DNA of 32,000 nt from contig CP178758.1 of NCBI GenBank assembly GCA_047651235.1, positions 3,360,001 to 3,392,000 on the forward strand, in the 5' to 3' direction. Position numbers and translations under genes: made by a program. The notes beneath the pieces were generated by a model that saw nothing but the letters and a program-made list of their open reading frames with translations, was not told where the DNA came from and ran no database searches. This stretch comes from Candidatus Electrothrix yaqonensis. Its GTDB lineage: Bacteria > Desulfobacterota > Desulfobulbia > Desulfobulbales > Desulfobulbaceae. Of the stretch, positions 1 through 8,004 are shown in pieces; the first letter of the stretch is position 1; every line of letters starts with the position of its first letter.

Positions 1-882
1 CTGAATGGATTTTGTCTTTTCATCCAGAACAGCCTGCACAACCTTGAGTTTCCCCCGATTCTCCTGCAATTCGGCCCGGAGCTTGGAAACCTTGGCAAGC
101 TGGGCCGTATGTTCGGCTGAACCGGTCTCAAAGGAATCAATCGCCAGTTCTTCGTTCTGCACCTCGCTTTCCATCTGCTCCACGATTTCCACCAGCTTAG
201 TGGCCCGTTCCGATGCCTCGTTTTTGATCTCGAATGCCTTTTCTTTCCGCGCTTTGATCGCCTCCAGCTGGTTGCGGATGCTGGAAGTCCGCTCCGTCAT
301 AATATCAATGGTCTTCTGGCCCATAACCTGGACAACATTCAGGGTCTGTTCAATATCAGCGGACATGAGCCGTTCCCGTTTCATGGTTTCCGCCTTTCTT
401 TTGGAATTCACCATCAGGTGCTCCGCATCCCGCATATTCTCTTCCGCAGCTTTAACCTTACCTTCCTTGCCCCAGCCGAGGCCCAGAAATCCCGTATAGG
501 CATTGGCCTCTTCAAGAACTTTCTGCGCCTGTTCAAAAGCGGTCTGCGCATCACTGACCAGTTTTTTCTCTTCGTCAGAATCTTCAACCAAGGATTGAAA
601 TTCTTTATCCATACCGTCGATTAAGACTTTCATCCCGTAGACGGCCTTGGCCATGTCCTTCTCATCGCTCTGGATGGCCTGACGGATCGTATTGATCTTG
701 GAGGCCAGAATCTCTTCCCGTTTTGCTCGTTCTTTTTCGTCCGAGATCTTTGAAATTTCCTCATGCTCTCTGTCCAACTCCGCCAATCTGGAGACCACAT
801 CCACCGGGCCTTTGGCCATATTGTTTAAATTTGAGGTGGTGTTGTCCACCAGACTGGCAAACAGGTCTTGACTCTGCGACAT
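1..882 (-). CDS. Hypothetical coiled-coil protein, 3'-truncated by the window edge and absent from the supplied ORF track
   Basis: Minus-strand ATG at 882-880 follows GGAGG (ggaggattgaaccATG). I checked all 294 in-frame triplets down to position 1 and found no stop. Translation begins MSQSQDLFASLVDNTTSNLNNMAKGPVDVV and is rich in E/K/Q heptad-like sequence. The + strand ORF 5..499 is its shadow. Confidence 0.75.
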   Translation of the reverse strand, partial: MSQSQDLFASLVDNTTSNLNNMAKGPVDVVSRLAELDREHEEISKISDEKERAKREEILASKINTIRQAIQSDEKDMAKAVYGMKVLIDGMDKEFQSLVEDSDEEKKLVSDAQTAFEQAQKVLEEANAYTGFLGLGWGKEGKVKAAEENMRDAEHLMVNSKRKAETMKRERLMSADIEQTLNVVQVMGQKTIDIMTERTSSIRNQLEAIKARKEKAFEIKNEASERATKLVEIVEQMESEVQNEELAIDSFETGSAEHTAQLAKVSKLRAELQENRGKLKVVQAVLDEKTKSIQ

Positions 883-1146
883 GGTTCAATCCTCCGGAAA
901 AAAATTATGACGAAATTGAGTACGGACGCACTCACTTGCAATTCTGTATCCATTTAATTAATGGAAATGAACCGGATACGCAAGAGAATTCAACAGCAGG
1001 GGTACGGATGACTCTGCAACTGGCCGGACCACGGAATACGCATTTGACATTGTTTGACACAGTGACAGCGCGTTTTCACACAATGTCCTGCTGATCCGAC
1101 ACGTATTTACCGTTGTTCATTTGCAAAAAATTAGGTAGAGTCTGCG

Positions 1147-2547
1147 ATGCTGCTGCAGGGCCGGGGTCAGGCAGTCACCGGTTGCTTCAGGGGGAATCCT
1201 TTTCGTTTTTTCCGTATGTTCCGTAAAATAAAGACATTGAGGCGAGCTGTACATCAGGTGTCGGGAAATCAAATACAGGAACAACTTTTTGCGCAGCACC
1301 CTGTTTTTCTTCATTTCCGCAGTCCGGCTCTGGAAAATGAATTCAAGCGGTTTCAAAGCAGTGAGACCCTGATATTTATCCGTGCCGGTTTCCTTTTCGG
1401 AGCGCTCACCCTGACCGGCAATATCGTATTGACCTATGTTATTGCCCCGCAGTATTTTTATCCGGTTCTTCTAATCTTCAGCAGTTTCTATCCGCTGTAT
1501 TTCTTCGGCTTCTACTCAACCTATTACGAAAAATATAGTAGTCATTACCAGTACATCACATCTGCAGCCTTACTTGTTATAGCCCTGTCAATGTTCCTGT
1601 GGGCACCTGTTCTGTCCGAAGAAAAAGCACATATTTTTCTCCTGTTCGGCGAACTGGGATGCCTCTTTGTCTGCTTCTATGCCGGGCAGCTTCGTTTTAC
1701 TTTTTCTGTTCCGACATCGCTTGTGTTCATGGGAACCTATCAGGTGTACCTTATATATTCCTCTCATCAATGGGATGATATCATCATACTCTCCTATGTG
1801 ATCTGGCTGATGGAAGGCATTGCCTGTTTCAGCGGATTTCTTCAGGAACGAAATATCCGTACCCTGTTTCTGCAGAAAAAAATCATCAATGAACAACAGG
1901 TACAGTTAAATCGGGAATATCAACGTTCAGAAGACCTCCTGCATAACATCCTTCCTCACGCTGTTGCCGAGCGCCTCAAAGACGACCAGACCGTCATTGC
2001 CGACCATTTTCCCTCGATTACTGTTTTGTTTGCCGATATTGTCGGTTTTACTGAGCTGTCGGAAAAACTCACACCGACAAATCTGATCCAGCTGCTGAAT
2101 CGTATATTTTCTCTCTTTGATGACCTGGCAGAACAGTACGACTTGGAAAAAATAAAAACCATCGGCGACGCATATATGGTTGCAGGAGGCATCCCGGAAC
2201 CGAAGGGGAATCACATAGAATCCGTAGCGGATTTTGCTCTGGAGATGCAGCGGAAACTGGCCTGCTTCAATCTGAGATATGAAACCAGCTTTGAGGTCAG
2301 GGTCGGCATCCACACCGGTCCTGCTGTTGCCGGGGTGATCGGCATTAAAAAATTTGTCTATGACATCTGGGGGGATACCGTGAATACGGCCAGTAGAATG
2401 GAATCACACGGTATTGCCGATCAGATTCAGGTTTCTGAAACAACATATGCCGCATTAAAGGATGCATATATGTTTAAAGAACGGGGCCTCGTTGAAATAA
2501 AAGGCAAAGGCAAAATGAGAACCTATTTTCTGCAGGGAAAAAAATAA
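1147..2547 (+). CDS. Membrane-anchored class III adenylate/guanylate cyclase
   Basis: The N-terminal half is hydrophobic with about 6 TM segments. The C-terminal half has cyclase homology motifs FADIVGFTELSE, KTIGDAYMVAGG and RVGIHTGPAVAGVIGIKKFVYDIWGDTVNTASRMES. The start is uncertain: ATG 1147, or ATG 1216 (MFRKIK). Confidence 0.9.
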   Translation: MLLQGRGQAVTGCFRGNPFRFFRMFRKIKTLRRAVHQVSGNQIQEQLFAQHPVFLHFRSPALENEFKRFQSSETLIFIRAGFLFGALTLTGNIVLTYVIAPQYFYPVLLIFSSFYPLYFFGFYSTYYEKYSSHYQYITSAALLVIALSMFLWAPVLSEEKAHIFLLFGELGCLFVCFYAGQLRFTFSVPTSLVFMGTYQVYLIYSSHQWDDIIILSYVIWLMEGIACFSGFLQERNIRTLFLQKKIINEQQVQLNREYQRSEDLLHNILPHAVAERLKDDQTVIADHFPSITVLFADIVGFTELSEKLTPTNLIQLLNRIFSLFDDLAEQYDLEKIKTIGDAYMVAGGIPEPKGNHIESVADFALEMQRKLACFNLRYETSFEVRVGIHTGPAVAGVIGIKKFVYDIWGDTVNTASRMESHGIADQIQVSETTYAALKDAYMFKERGLVEIKGKGKMRTYFLQGKK

Positions 2548-2885
2548 TGGAGCTGCCCTCGGAAGGATATCTGCTGCGGATTATTGTCGGTGAGGCAGCA
2601 CGATACGAAAACACGCATCTGTACGAGTGGATCATTATCCGGGCCCGTGAACAGGGGATTGCCGGAGCCACAGCTGTGCGGGGAATGATGGGTTACGGAG
2701 CGTCCTCACGTATCAAAACCAGCTCCATCCTCTGCCTGTCCGAGGATCTACCCGTGGTGATTGAACTGATCGATACCCGGGAAAAGCTGGAGGATTTTCT
2801 TGATGTGATTGACCCGGTCATCAGTAAAGGCGTGGTGACCATGGAAGAGGTGCATGTCCGGCTGTATCGGCATAAGGAGGCATAA
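2547..2885 (+). CDS. DUF190 (UPF0166, PII-like fold) family protein
   Basis: Family-typical motifs are LLRIIVGEAARYENTHLYEWIIIRAREQGIAGATAVRGMMGYG and LSEDLPVVIELIDTREKLEDFL. Its ATG overlaps the cyclase stop (TAATG). Confidence 0.8.
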   Translation: MELPSEGYLLRIIVGEAARYENTHLYEWIIIRAREQGIAGATAVRGMMGYGASSRIKTSSILCLSEDLPVVIELIDTREKLEDFLDVIDPVISKGVVTMEEVHVRLYRHKEA

Positions 2886-3023
2886 GGGAAAAAAGGCTTG
2901 ATTTCCTCCTGTATTGCTTGCATATACACGGGTAAGAATTTTATCTACAAAAGACGGCATTTTGTTTCCGGACAGCATTCCGGAAACAGCCATTTTTTTA
3001 TTAAATATTTCAAGGAGAACCCG

Positions 3024-4760
3024 ATGAGTAAAAAAGTTATCATTGTCGGCGGAGTGGCAGCAGGTCCCAAGGCGGCCTGTCGTCTGAAACGTCTGCAGCC
3101 CGGCTGGGATGTCACGGTGGTGGATCAGGACAACCTGATTTCCTATGGAGGCTGCGGTATTCCCTATTATATCAGCGGCGATGTCTCGGACGAAGCCGAG
3201 CTGCGGTCCACCAGTTTTCACATGGTTCGCGATGCATCTTTCTTTGCTGATGCCAAGGGAGTGGAGGTGCTCACCCGGACCAGAGCCCTGGCCATTGACC
3301 GGCAGAACAAAAAACTGCGGGTGAAAAATCTGGACAGCGGCGAAGAGCAGGAGCTGCCCTATGACAAACTCATGCTGGCCACCGGTGCCGCCCCGGTCAC
3401 CCTGCCCATTCCGGGAACCGATCTGGATGGTGTTTTCACCATTTCCGACCTGCATAAGGCCATTGAAATCAAAAAACGGATTGCCGCCGGTCAGGTAAGC
3501 AAGGCCGTGGTTATCGGCGGCGGAGCCATCGGCATCGAAATGGCTGAGGCTTTTACCGATCTCTGGGGGCTTGAGACATCACTGGTCGAGTTCATGCCCC
3601 AGGTGCTGCCCAAACTGGTTGATGCCGAATTTGCCGCCATGCTCAAGACGCACCTTGAAGAAGAAAAAGTAGCGGTCTACACAGGAGAAGGAGCAATCGA
3701 GCTGATCGGCAACAGTGAAGGCAAGGTGACAGCGGTACAAACACCGGAGCGTACCCTTGAGGCGGATTTGGTGATTATGGCTGCCGGGGTGCGGCCGCGC
3801 AGTGATCTGGCCAGAGAAGCCGGGCTGGCTGTTGAACCCTGGGGCGGAATTACGGTCAACAGCAGGCTACAGACCTCGGACCCGGATATTTATGCTGCCG
3901 GAGACTGCGTCTCTGTCAGGAATCTGGTGACCGGCAAACAGACCTTTGCGCCGATGGGATCCTTGGCCAACCGGGAAGGCAGAGTTGCTGCCGACAACAT
4001 GGCTGGAATCGCCGCCAGCTTTGACGGCGTGGTGGGGTCTTTCATTATGAAGGCATTCGAACGCTGCATTGCTGCCACGGGCATCTCCTATGAAACTGCC
4101 CTAGCCGAGGGATTTGATGCGGACTACTCACTGACTGCTCCGGCAGACCGGGCTCATTTCTTCCCAAGCACATCTGCGGTGGTTCTGCAGATGGTTTTTG
4201 ATAAACGTACCCGCCGGGTTCTGGGGCTGCAGGCATTCGGGATGATGAATGACTCCATCTCCGCCCGGATTGACGCTGCTGCCGTGATGATCAGCAAGGG
4301 TGCAGTCATCGAGGATTTCATGCTGGCGGAAATGGCCTATGCCCCGCCCTTCTCTGCTGCGGTTGATTCGATCAACGCTGCCGCTTTTGTGGCCGACAAT
4401 ATCTGTGCCGGGCGGCTGCGTTCCGTGGGGATGCGCCGTTTTCTCGAATGGATGGATAACTTCCACAAAGAACCTGACTGGATTGCCCTGGATATTCGTC
4501 ATCCCCGGGAGGCGGAGGTCTTTGTGGAAAAGTTCGGCCCGAGAAAATGGGTCGCCATACCGTATGCCGAAGTACGCAAGCGGTATAAGGAGATTCCGAA
4601 GGACAAGACCCTGATCATCCTCTGCGATGCCGGAACCCGGTCCTATGAAATTCAAGTTTTTCTTGACCATGTCGGCAGAAAAAACAGCCTGGTACTCGGG
4701 GGCGGCTTTAATGTCATCCGCCGTATCGGCGGCGGCATAGTGGCTGAGGTAATTATTTGA
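3024..4760 (+). CDS. FAD-dependent pyridine nucleotide-disulfide oxidoreductase (CoA-disulfide reductase / NADH persulfide reductase-like) with a C-terminal rhodanese domain
   Basis: AAGGAGAACCCG precedes ATG 3024. The protein starts MSKKVIIVGGVAAGPKAA (FAD Rossmann motif). It has a redox Cys in SYGGCGIPYY, a second Rossmann motif VVIGGGAIGIEMAE, and GD motif YAAGDC. The rhodanese active-site loop is ILCDAGTRSYE. The track ORF start at 2898 adds an implausible leader. Confidence 0.9.
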   Translation: MSKKVIIVGGVAAGPKAACRLKRLQPGWDVTVVDQDNLISYGGCGIPYYISGDVSDEAELRSTSFHMVRDASFFADAKGVEVLTRTRALAIDRQNKKLRVKNLDSGEEQELPYDKLMLATGAAPVTLPIPGTDLDGVFTISDLHKAIEIKKRIAAGQVSKAVVIGGGAIGIEMAEAFTDLWGLETSLVEFMPQVLPKLVDAEFAAMLKTHLEEEKVAVYTGEGAIELIGNSEGKVTAVQTPERTLEADLVIMAAGVRPRSDLAREAGLAVEPWGGITVNSRLQTSDPDIYAAGDCVSVRNLVTGKQTFAPMGSLANREGRVAADNMAGIAASFDGVVGSFIMKAFERCIAATGISYETALAEGFDADYSLTAPADRAHFFPSTSAVVLQMVFDKRTRRVLGLQAFGMMNDSISARIDAAAVMISKGAVIEDFMLAEMAYAPPFSAAVDSINAAAFVADNICAGRLRSVGMRRFLEWMDNFHKEPDWIALDIRHPREAEVFVEKFGPRKWVAIPYAEVRKRYKEIPKDKTLIILCDAGTRSYEIQVFLDHVGRKNSLVLGGGFNVIRRIGGGIVAEVII

Positions 4761-4777
4761 TCTTCGGAAGGGCAACC

Positions 4778-5635
4778 ATGCTGAACAAGATACAAATCCT
4801 GCTTGAAATGATCAAGTTCAAGCACACTGTTTTTGCCCTGCCCTTTGCCCTGATGGGAGCCTTTCTGGCTGCACGGGGAATCCCGCCGCTCAATGCATTT
4901 TTCTGGGTAATTCTCGCCATGATCGGCGCCCGGACAGCGGCCATGACCTTCAACCGTATCGTTGATCACCGTTTTGATGCAGCCAATCCCCGGACCAGCC
5001 GACGGGCTCTTCCGGCCGGGCAGGTTTCCCTGCCAGAGTCATGGCTCATGGTCATCGCGGCCTCGGCCCTATTTTTCCTGGCCTGCCGGATGCTCAACCC
5101 CCTGGCTCTGCTCCTTTCTCCTTTTGCGCTGGGCCTCACCTTTTTATATTCCCTGACCAAACGGTTCACCTGGCTCTGCCATATTATACTGGGCCTGGCC
5201 CTGGCAGTTGCTCCTCTGGGCGGCTGGGTGGCAACAGCAGCCACCCTGTCCGGTTATCCCTGGGTGCTGTCTCTGGGCGTTGTCTTCTGGGTAACCGGCT
5301 TTGATATTATCTATGCCTCTCAGGATGCGGAATTCGACCGCAAAGCCGGGCTGTATTCCATGCCTGCCTCGCTGGGCCGCAGAAATGCCTTCCGTCTGGC
5401 CGTGACCTTTCATGTCCTGGCCTTTGTCCTGTTTACCTTGACCGGCTATCTGCAGGGCCTGAATTTCATCTACTATATAGGTATCGTTCTGACCGGCACG
5501 GCCCTGTTTTATCAGCATCTCATTGTCAATCCCAGAGACCTTTCCAGAATTCAGGTCTCCTTCTTTTCCATGAACGGCCTGATCTCCCTGATCCTGTTTG
5601 TCACCGCCTGCATTTCTTTGCTCATGACCGGATGA
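4778..5635 (+). CDS. UbiA-family aromatic prenyltransferase (4-hydroxybenzoate polyprenyltransferase / MqnP-like)
   Basis: Multi-TM protein with Asp-rich motifs NRIVDHRFDAANPRT and DIIYASQDAEFD. The N-terminus LLEMIKFKHTVFALPFALMGAFLA is typical of the family. I prefer ATG 4778 over the track's TTG 4757. Confidence 0.85.
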   Translation: MLNKIQILLEMIKFKHTVFALPFALMGAFLAARGIPPLNAFFWVILAMIGARTAAMTFNRIVDHRFDAANPRTSRRALPAGQVSLPESWLMVIAASALFFLACRMLNPLALLLSPFALGLTFLYSLTKRFTWLCHIILGLALAVAPLGGWVATAATLSGYPWVLSLGVVFWVTGFDIIYASQDAEFDRKAGLYSMPASLGRRNAFRLAVTFHVLAFVLFTLTGYLQGLNFIYYIGIVLTGTALFYQHLIVNPRDLSRIQVSFFSMNGLISLILFVTACISLLMTG

Positions 5636-5651
5636 TGCTGGACGATATTGC

Positions 5652-5683
5652 AAAAAAAAACCGCCATACCTGAGGCATGGCGG
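5652..5683 (-). terminator. Rho-independent terminator of the 5782..6153 minus-strand gene
   Basis: The minus strand reads CCGCCATGCCTCAGGTATGGCGG, a stem of CCGCCAT/ATGGCGG, followed by T9 (plus-strand A-run 5652-5660). Confidence 0.7.
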
Positions 5684-5781
5684 GTAACTGAGCCACTTGT
5701 GATTAGAAAGATTGTTGGATATGCGGAAGCGGACAAACACCCTAACTTCCGCCTCTTCAGGCCTCTTTAAAAAAGGAAGAA

Positions 5782-6153
5782 TTAACGCTGTACCCGGGCT
5801 GTCAGCTGATCCGGCCGCACTGTACAGAAACCATTGTCAGGGTGGGAGTACACCACGGCAACAAATAACCCGTTTTCTTTTTTCGGCAGAATACGAATCC
5901 GGACATTGCCGTGCATTTTGTATTCACCCAGCTGCGCATCAGCTTCCTGGATACGTTTCATTCCGGCAGTAAATGCCTCGGCAGGAGTCTTCCCGTAATC
6001 TTTGACGCAGAGTTTGCCGGTATTTGGCCCGCCTACGGTTGTCTCATTGGCCTTGAGCTCTGTTCCCTGTGCTGCAAGGGGAGCTGCGGCAAGAAACAAA
6101 ATTGCTGCAGTCACGGCCAGACCTCTGTTGAATAACCTCCCTGTTGTTTTCAT
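5782..6153 (-). CDS. Small exported protein of unknown function
   Basis: AGGAGGGCTATT precedes the ATG. The signal peptide is MKTTGRLFNRGLAVTAAILFLAAAPLAAQG. The mature part has two Cys, and a terminator follows the gene. Confidence 0.7.
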   Translation of the reverse strand: MKTTGRLFNRGLAVTAAILFLAAAPLAAQGTELKANETTVGGPNTGKLCVKDYGKTPAEAFTAGMKRIQEADAQLGEYKMHGNVRIRILPKKENGLFVAVVYSHPDNGFCTVRPDQLTARVQR

Positions 6154-6658
6154 AATAGCCCTCCTGGCATTAGGAAATAATAATAAAAGCAGGCAACCCG
6201 GCTGTCTCTTCTGTTTGAGACCCGTGGTTTTCCGACACCGCCTCGCGACGGCTGTGGCTTTATTCGACTTTCCAGAGCCGATTCATATTCTGCTTCGGCT
6301 CCGACCAGAAAGTTAGTGCCCGCTTAGGAAATGCAGCTCAGCACACCTATTTTTATTGCATGAATCGTACCAGTAATCGATATACGGCGCAGTATTGTTC
6401 TTTCCGTTCTTCTTCCTGAAAGGACAGGAAAAAGGAACAGATGACAGGTACAAGTCAAGAAGAAAATTCAGAAATACTTTTTTCTGTAGGGACATTTTTT
6501 AGCAAAGGTGACAAAAATTGTCAGCAGCCGAACCTCTCTGCTCTCTGGAACATAGAGTATCAAGATATAATGACATAATGACGGATCACCCGTTATATGT
6601 TATGTTCTTACGAGTTACAGGTGATAATTGGTATGAAAATTGACAATCAGGAGAAAAA

Positions 6659-7879
6659 ATGATGAAGCATGGAAGAGTGAGCTGCCTGCTCCTTGTCGGG
6701 GTTCTTTTCTTTTCACCCCAGAAAACAGCATCCGCCCAATCTGAATGCGATGTCGTTTCTCTGTCCCGACGCGGCGCCGGTCAGGTATACAGAACCTGTG
6801 ATGACTGTCTCCGGGACAGCAGGCGGTGCGAAAAACGCTGCTACGACACCAATTATGTCTGTACAGCAGAAGGATACGACCGCTATGGCACCAGAAGAAC
6901 TGTACAGGGCGTTCCTGCCGGGAAAGAACGGCGGGCAAGGAGACGGGCTGTCCGGCAGTGCAGAAAACAGGGGCTGAACGGATGTGACGTCGAGCACTGC
7001 ACGGAAGAAAAAACAGTCCGTCCGGAGACAGTGGAAGTATGCCGTGACCGGCAACGGGATTGGGGGAGAGACAGAAGCAGAAACGAGGAATACCGCTGTG
7101 GTATTTTTCCGGCATCCCGGCGTGCTCCCAACCGTGAGTACCCGAACTGTAAAGCCTGTCTGAAAGAGCACGGGCTATGCGAGGAACGCTGCGCTCAATC
7201 CGGCTATGTCTGCACAGCAGCCGGATATAACCGGTACGGTTTTCGGGAAACTGTGCAGGGCGAGCTTTCCGGAAGCAGACGGAGAGCGGAGAAAAAAGCG
7301 ATTCGGCAATGCCGCGATGCCGGTATGGACAGATGTACTGTTGAACAATGCTCCGAGGAAATGCAGTTTGATCCTGACCGGGTTACTCCCTGCCGGACAG
7401 AACGACCAGACAAAAGACCTTCTTGGAAAAAAGACAGACCGGAACGCAGACCGAACATGAATCTTCCAGTAGTGCCTCCCGCCCCCAGGCCTGCCCGCAA
7501 ACCGGCCGCAGTCCAGCCTCAGAGACAACAAAGACCGGAACGCAGACCGAACCTTACGGCAGCGCCTCCTGCTCCCTGGCCTGCCCGCCGATCTGGTAAG
7601 AAATATGTGGTTTCCTGGCAGCATCTGAAAGGCCCGTGTCAGGGACAGCCCTATCATAAAATCGCCGAGCAGTGCGGCAACCGGGTGAATTTCTGGCACG
7701 GTATCTACTGCCGAGTGACCTGGAGCGACGGCAAGGTCACCGACCTGCACGGGAAAACCAATCAGGTTGATGCCTACGGCCGGGCCTACTGCACCAGAGA
7801 CACCCGTCCGGCGCAGTTCAACTGCGTAAGCCAGTGTGACAACACCAACGGTGCCCTGATGACCCTGCCCAAGCCTTGA
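6659..7879 (+). CDS. Secreted cysteine-rich protein with two tandem 117-aa 10-Cys modules, a Pro/Arg-rich repeat linker and a 6-Cys C-terminal domain
   Basis: AGGAGAAAAA precedes the ATG. The signal peptide ends ASA-Q. Both modules share the spacing C-x16-C-x2-C-x7-C-x3-C-x6-C. I recognise no family. Confidence 0.75.
   Translation: MMKHGRVSCLLLVGVLFFSPQKTASAQSECDVVSLSRRGAGQVYRTCDDCLRDSRRCEKRCYDTNYVCTAEGYDRYGTRRTVQGVPAGKERRARRRAVRQCRKQGLNGCDVEHCTEEKTVRPETVEVCRDRQRDWGRDRSRNEEYRCGIFPASRRAPNREYPNCKACLKEHGLCEERCAQSGYVCTAAGYNRYGFRETVQGELSGSRRRAEKKAIRQCRDAGMDRCTVEQCSEEMQFDPDRVTPCRTERPDKRPSWKKDRPERRPNMNLPVVPPAPRPARKPAAVQPQRQQRPERRPNLTAAPPAPWPARRSGKKYVVSWQHLKGPCQGQPYHKIAEQCGNRVNFWHGIYCRVTWSDGKVTDLHGKTNQVDAYGRAYCTRDTRPAQFNCVSQCDNTNGALMTLPKP
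6743..7444 (+). repeat. Intragenic tandem duplication, period 351 nt (117 aa)
   Basis: The anchor TATGTCTG occurs at 6854 and again at 7205. The protein copies align as YVCTAEGYDRYGTRRTVQG and YVCTAAGYNRYGFRETVQG, with all Cys positions conserved. The boundaries are approximate. Confidence 0.7.
7437..7596 (+). repeat. Intragenic direct repeat, period 96 nt, encoding RPERRPN...PPAP(R/W)PAR
   Basis: A perfect 20-mer, GACCGGAACGCAGACCGAAC, lies at 7437-7456 and 7533-7552. Similarity continues through CCTGCCCGC. Confidence 0.75.
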
Positions 7880-8004
7880 TCTGTAACTTGACGTAACTGA
7901 CCCGCCGGATGTTCCTCTGCCGTTGAGCAGCAGGGCATCCGGCCGGAGCAGAACAGCAGGCTCTCCGCCCTTCCTTTTTCACCAACCGAAAAGGCCGGAA
8001 ATCT

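Noticed and set aside
5-499. 164-aa + strand ORF at the left edge
   Set aside because: It lies antisense to a 294-codon minus-strand frame that has a proper SD/ATG and coiled-coil coding character. Its own translation is low-complexity and Ser/Cys-rich.
1044-1082. Repeated TGACA/TCACA motifs upstream of the cyclase gene, considered as a CRP-type site
   Set aside because: The palindromic halves GTGA and TCAC are separated by 10 nt, not the 6 nt of the TGTGA-N6-TCACA consensus. The evidence is insufficient.
2898-3023. N-terminal extension of the CoADR-like ORF in the track
   Set aside because: The extension precedes a good SD (AAGGAGA) and the ATG that begins the Rossmann fold (MSKKVIIVGGVAAG). 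It has no coding character.
6509-6523. Perfect palindrome TGACAAAAATTGTCA about 135 nt upstream of the Cys-rich protein gene, with a TATAAT at 6566-6571
   Set aside because: It could be an operator, but it fits no regulator consensus I can name, and no acceptable -35 accompanies the TATAAT. I did not report it as a feature.
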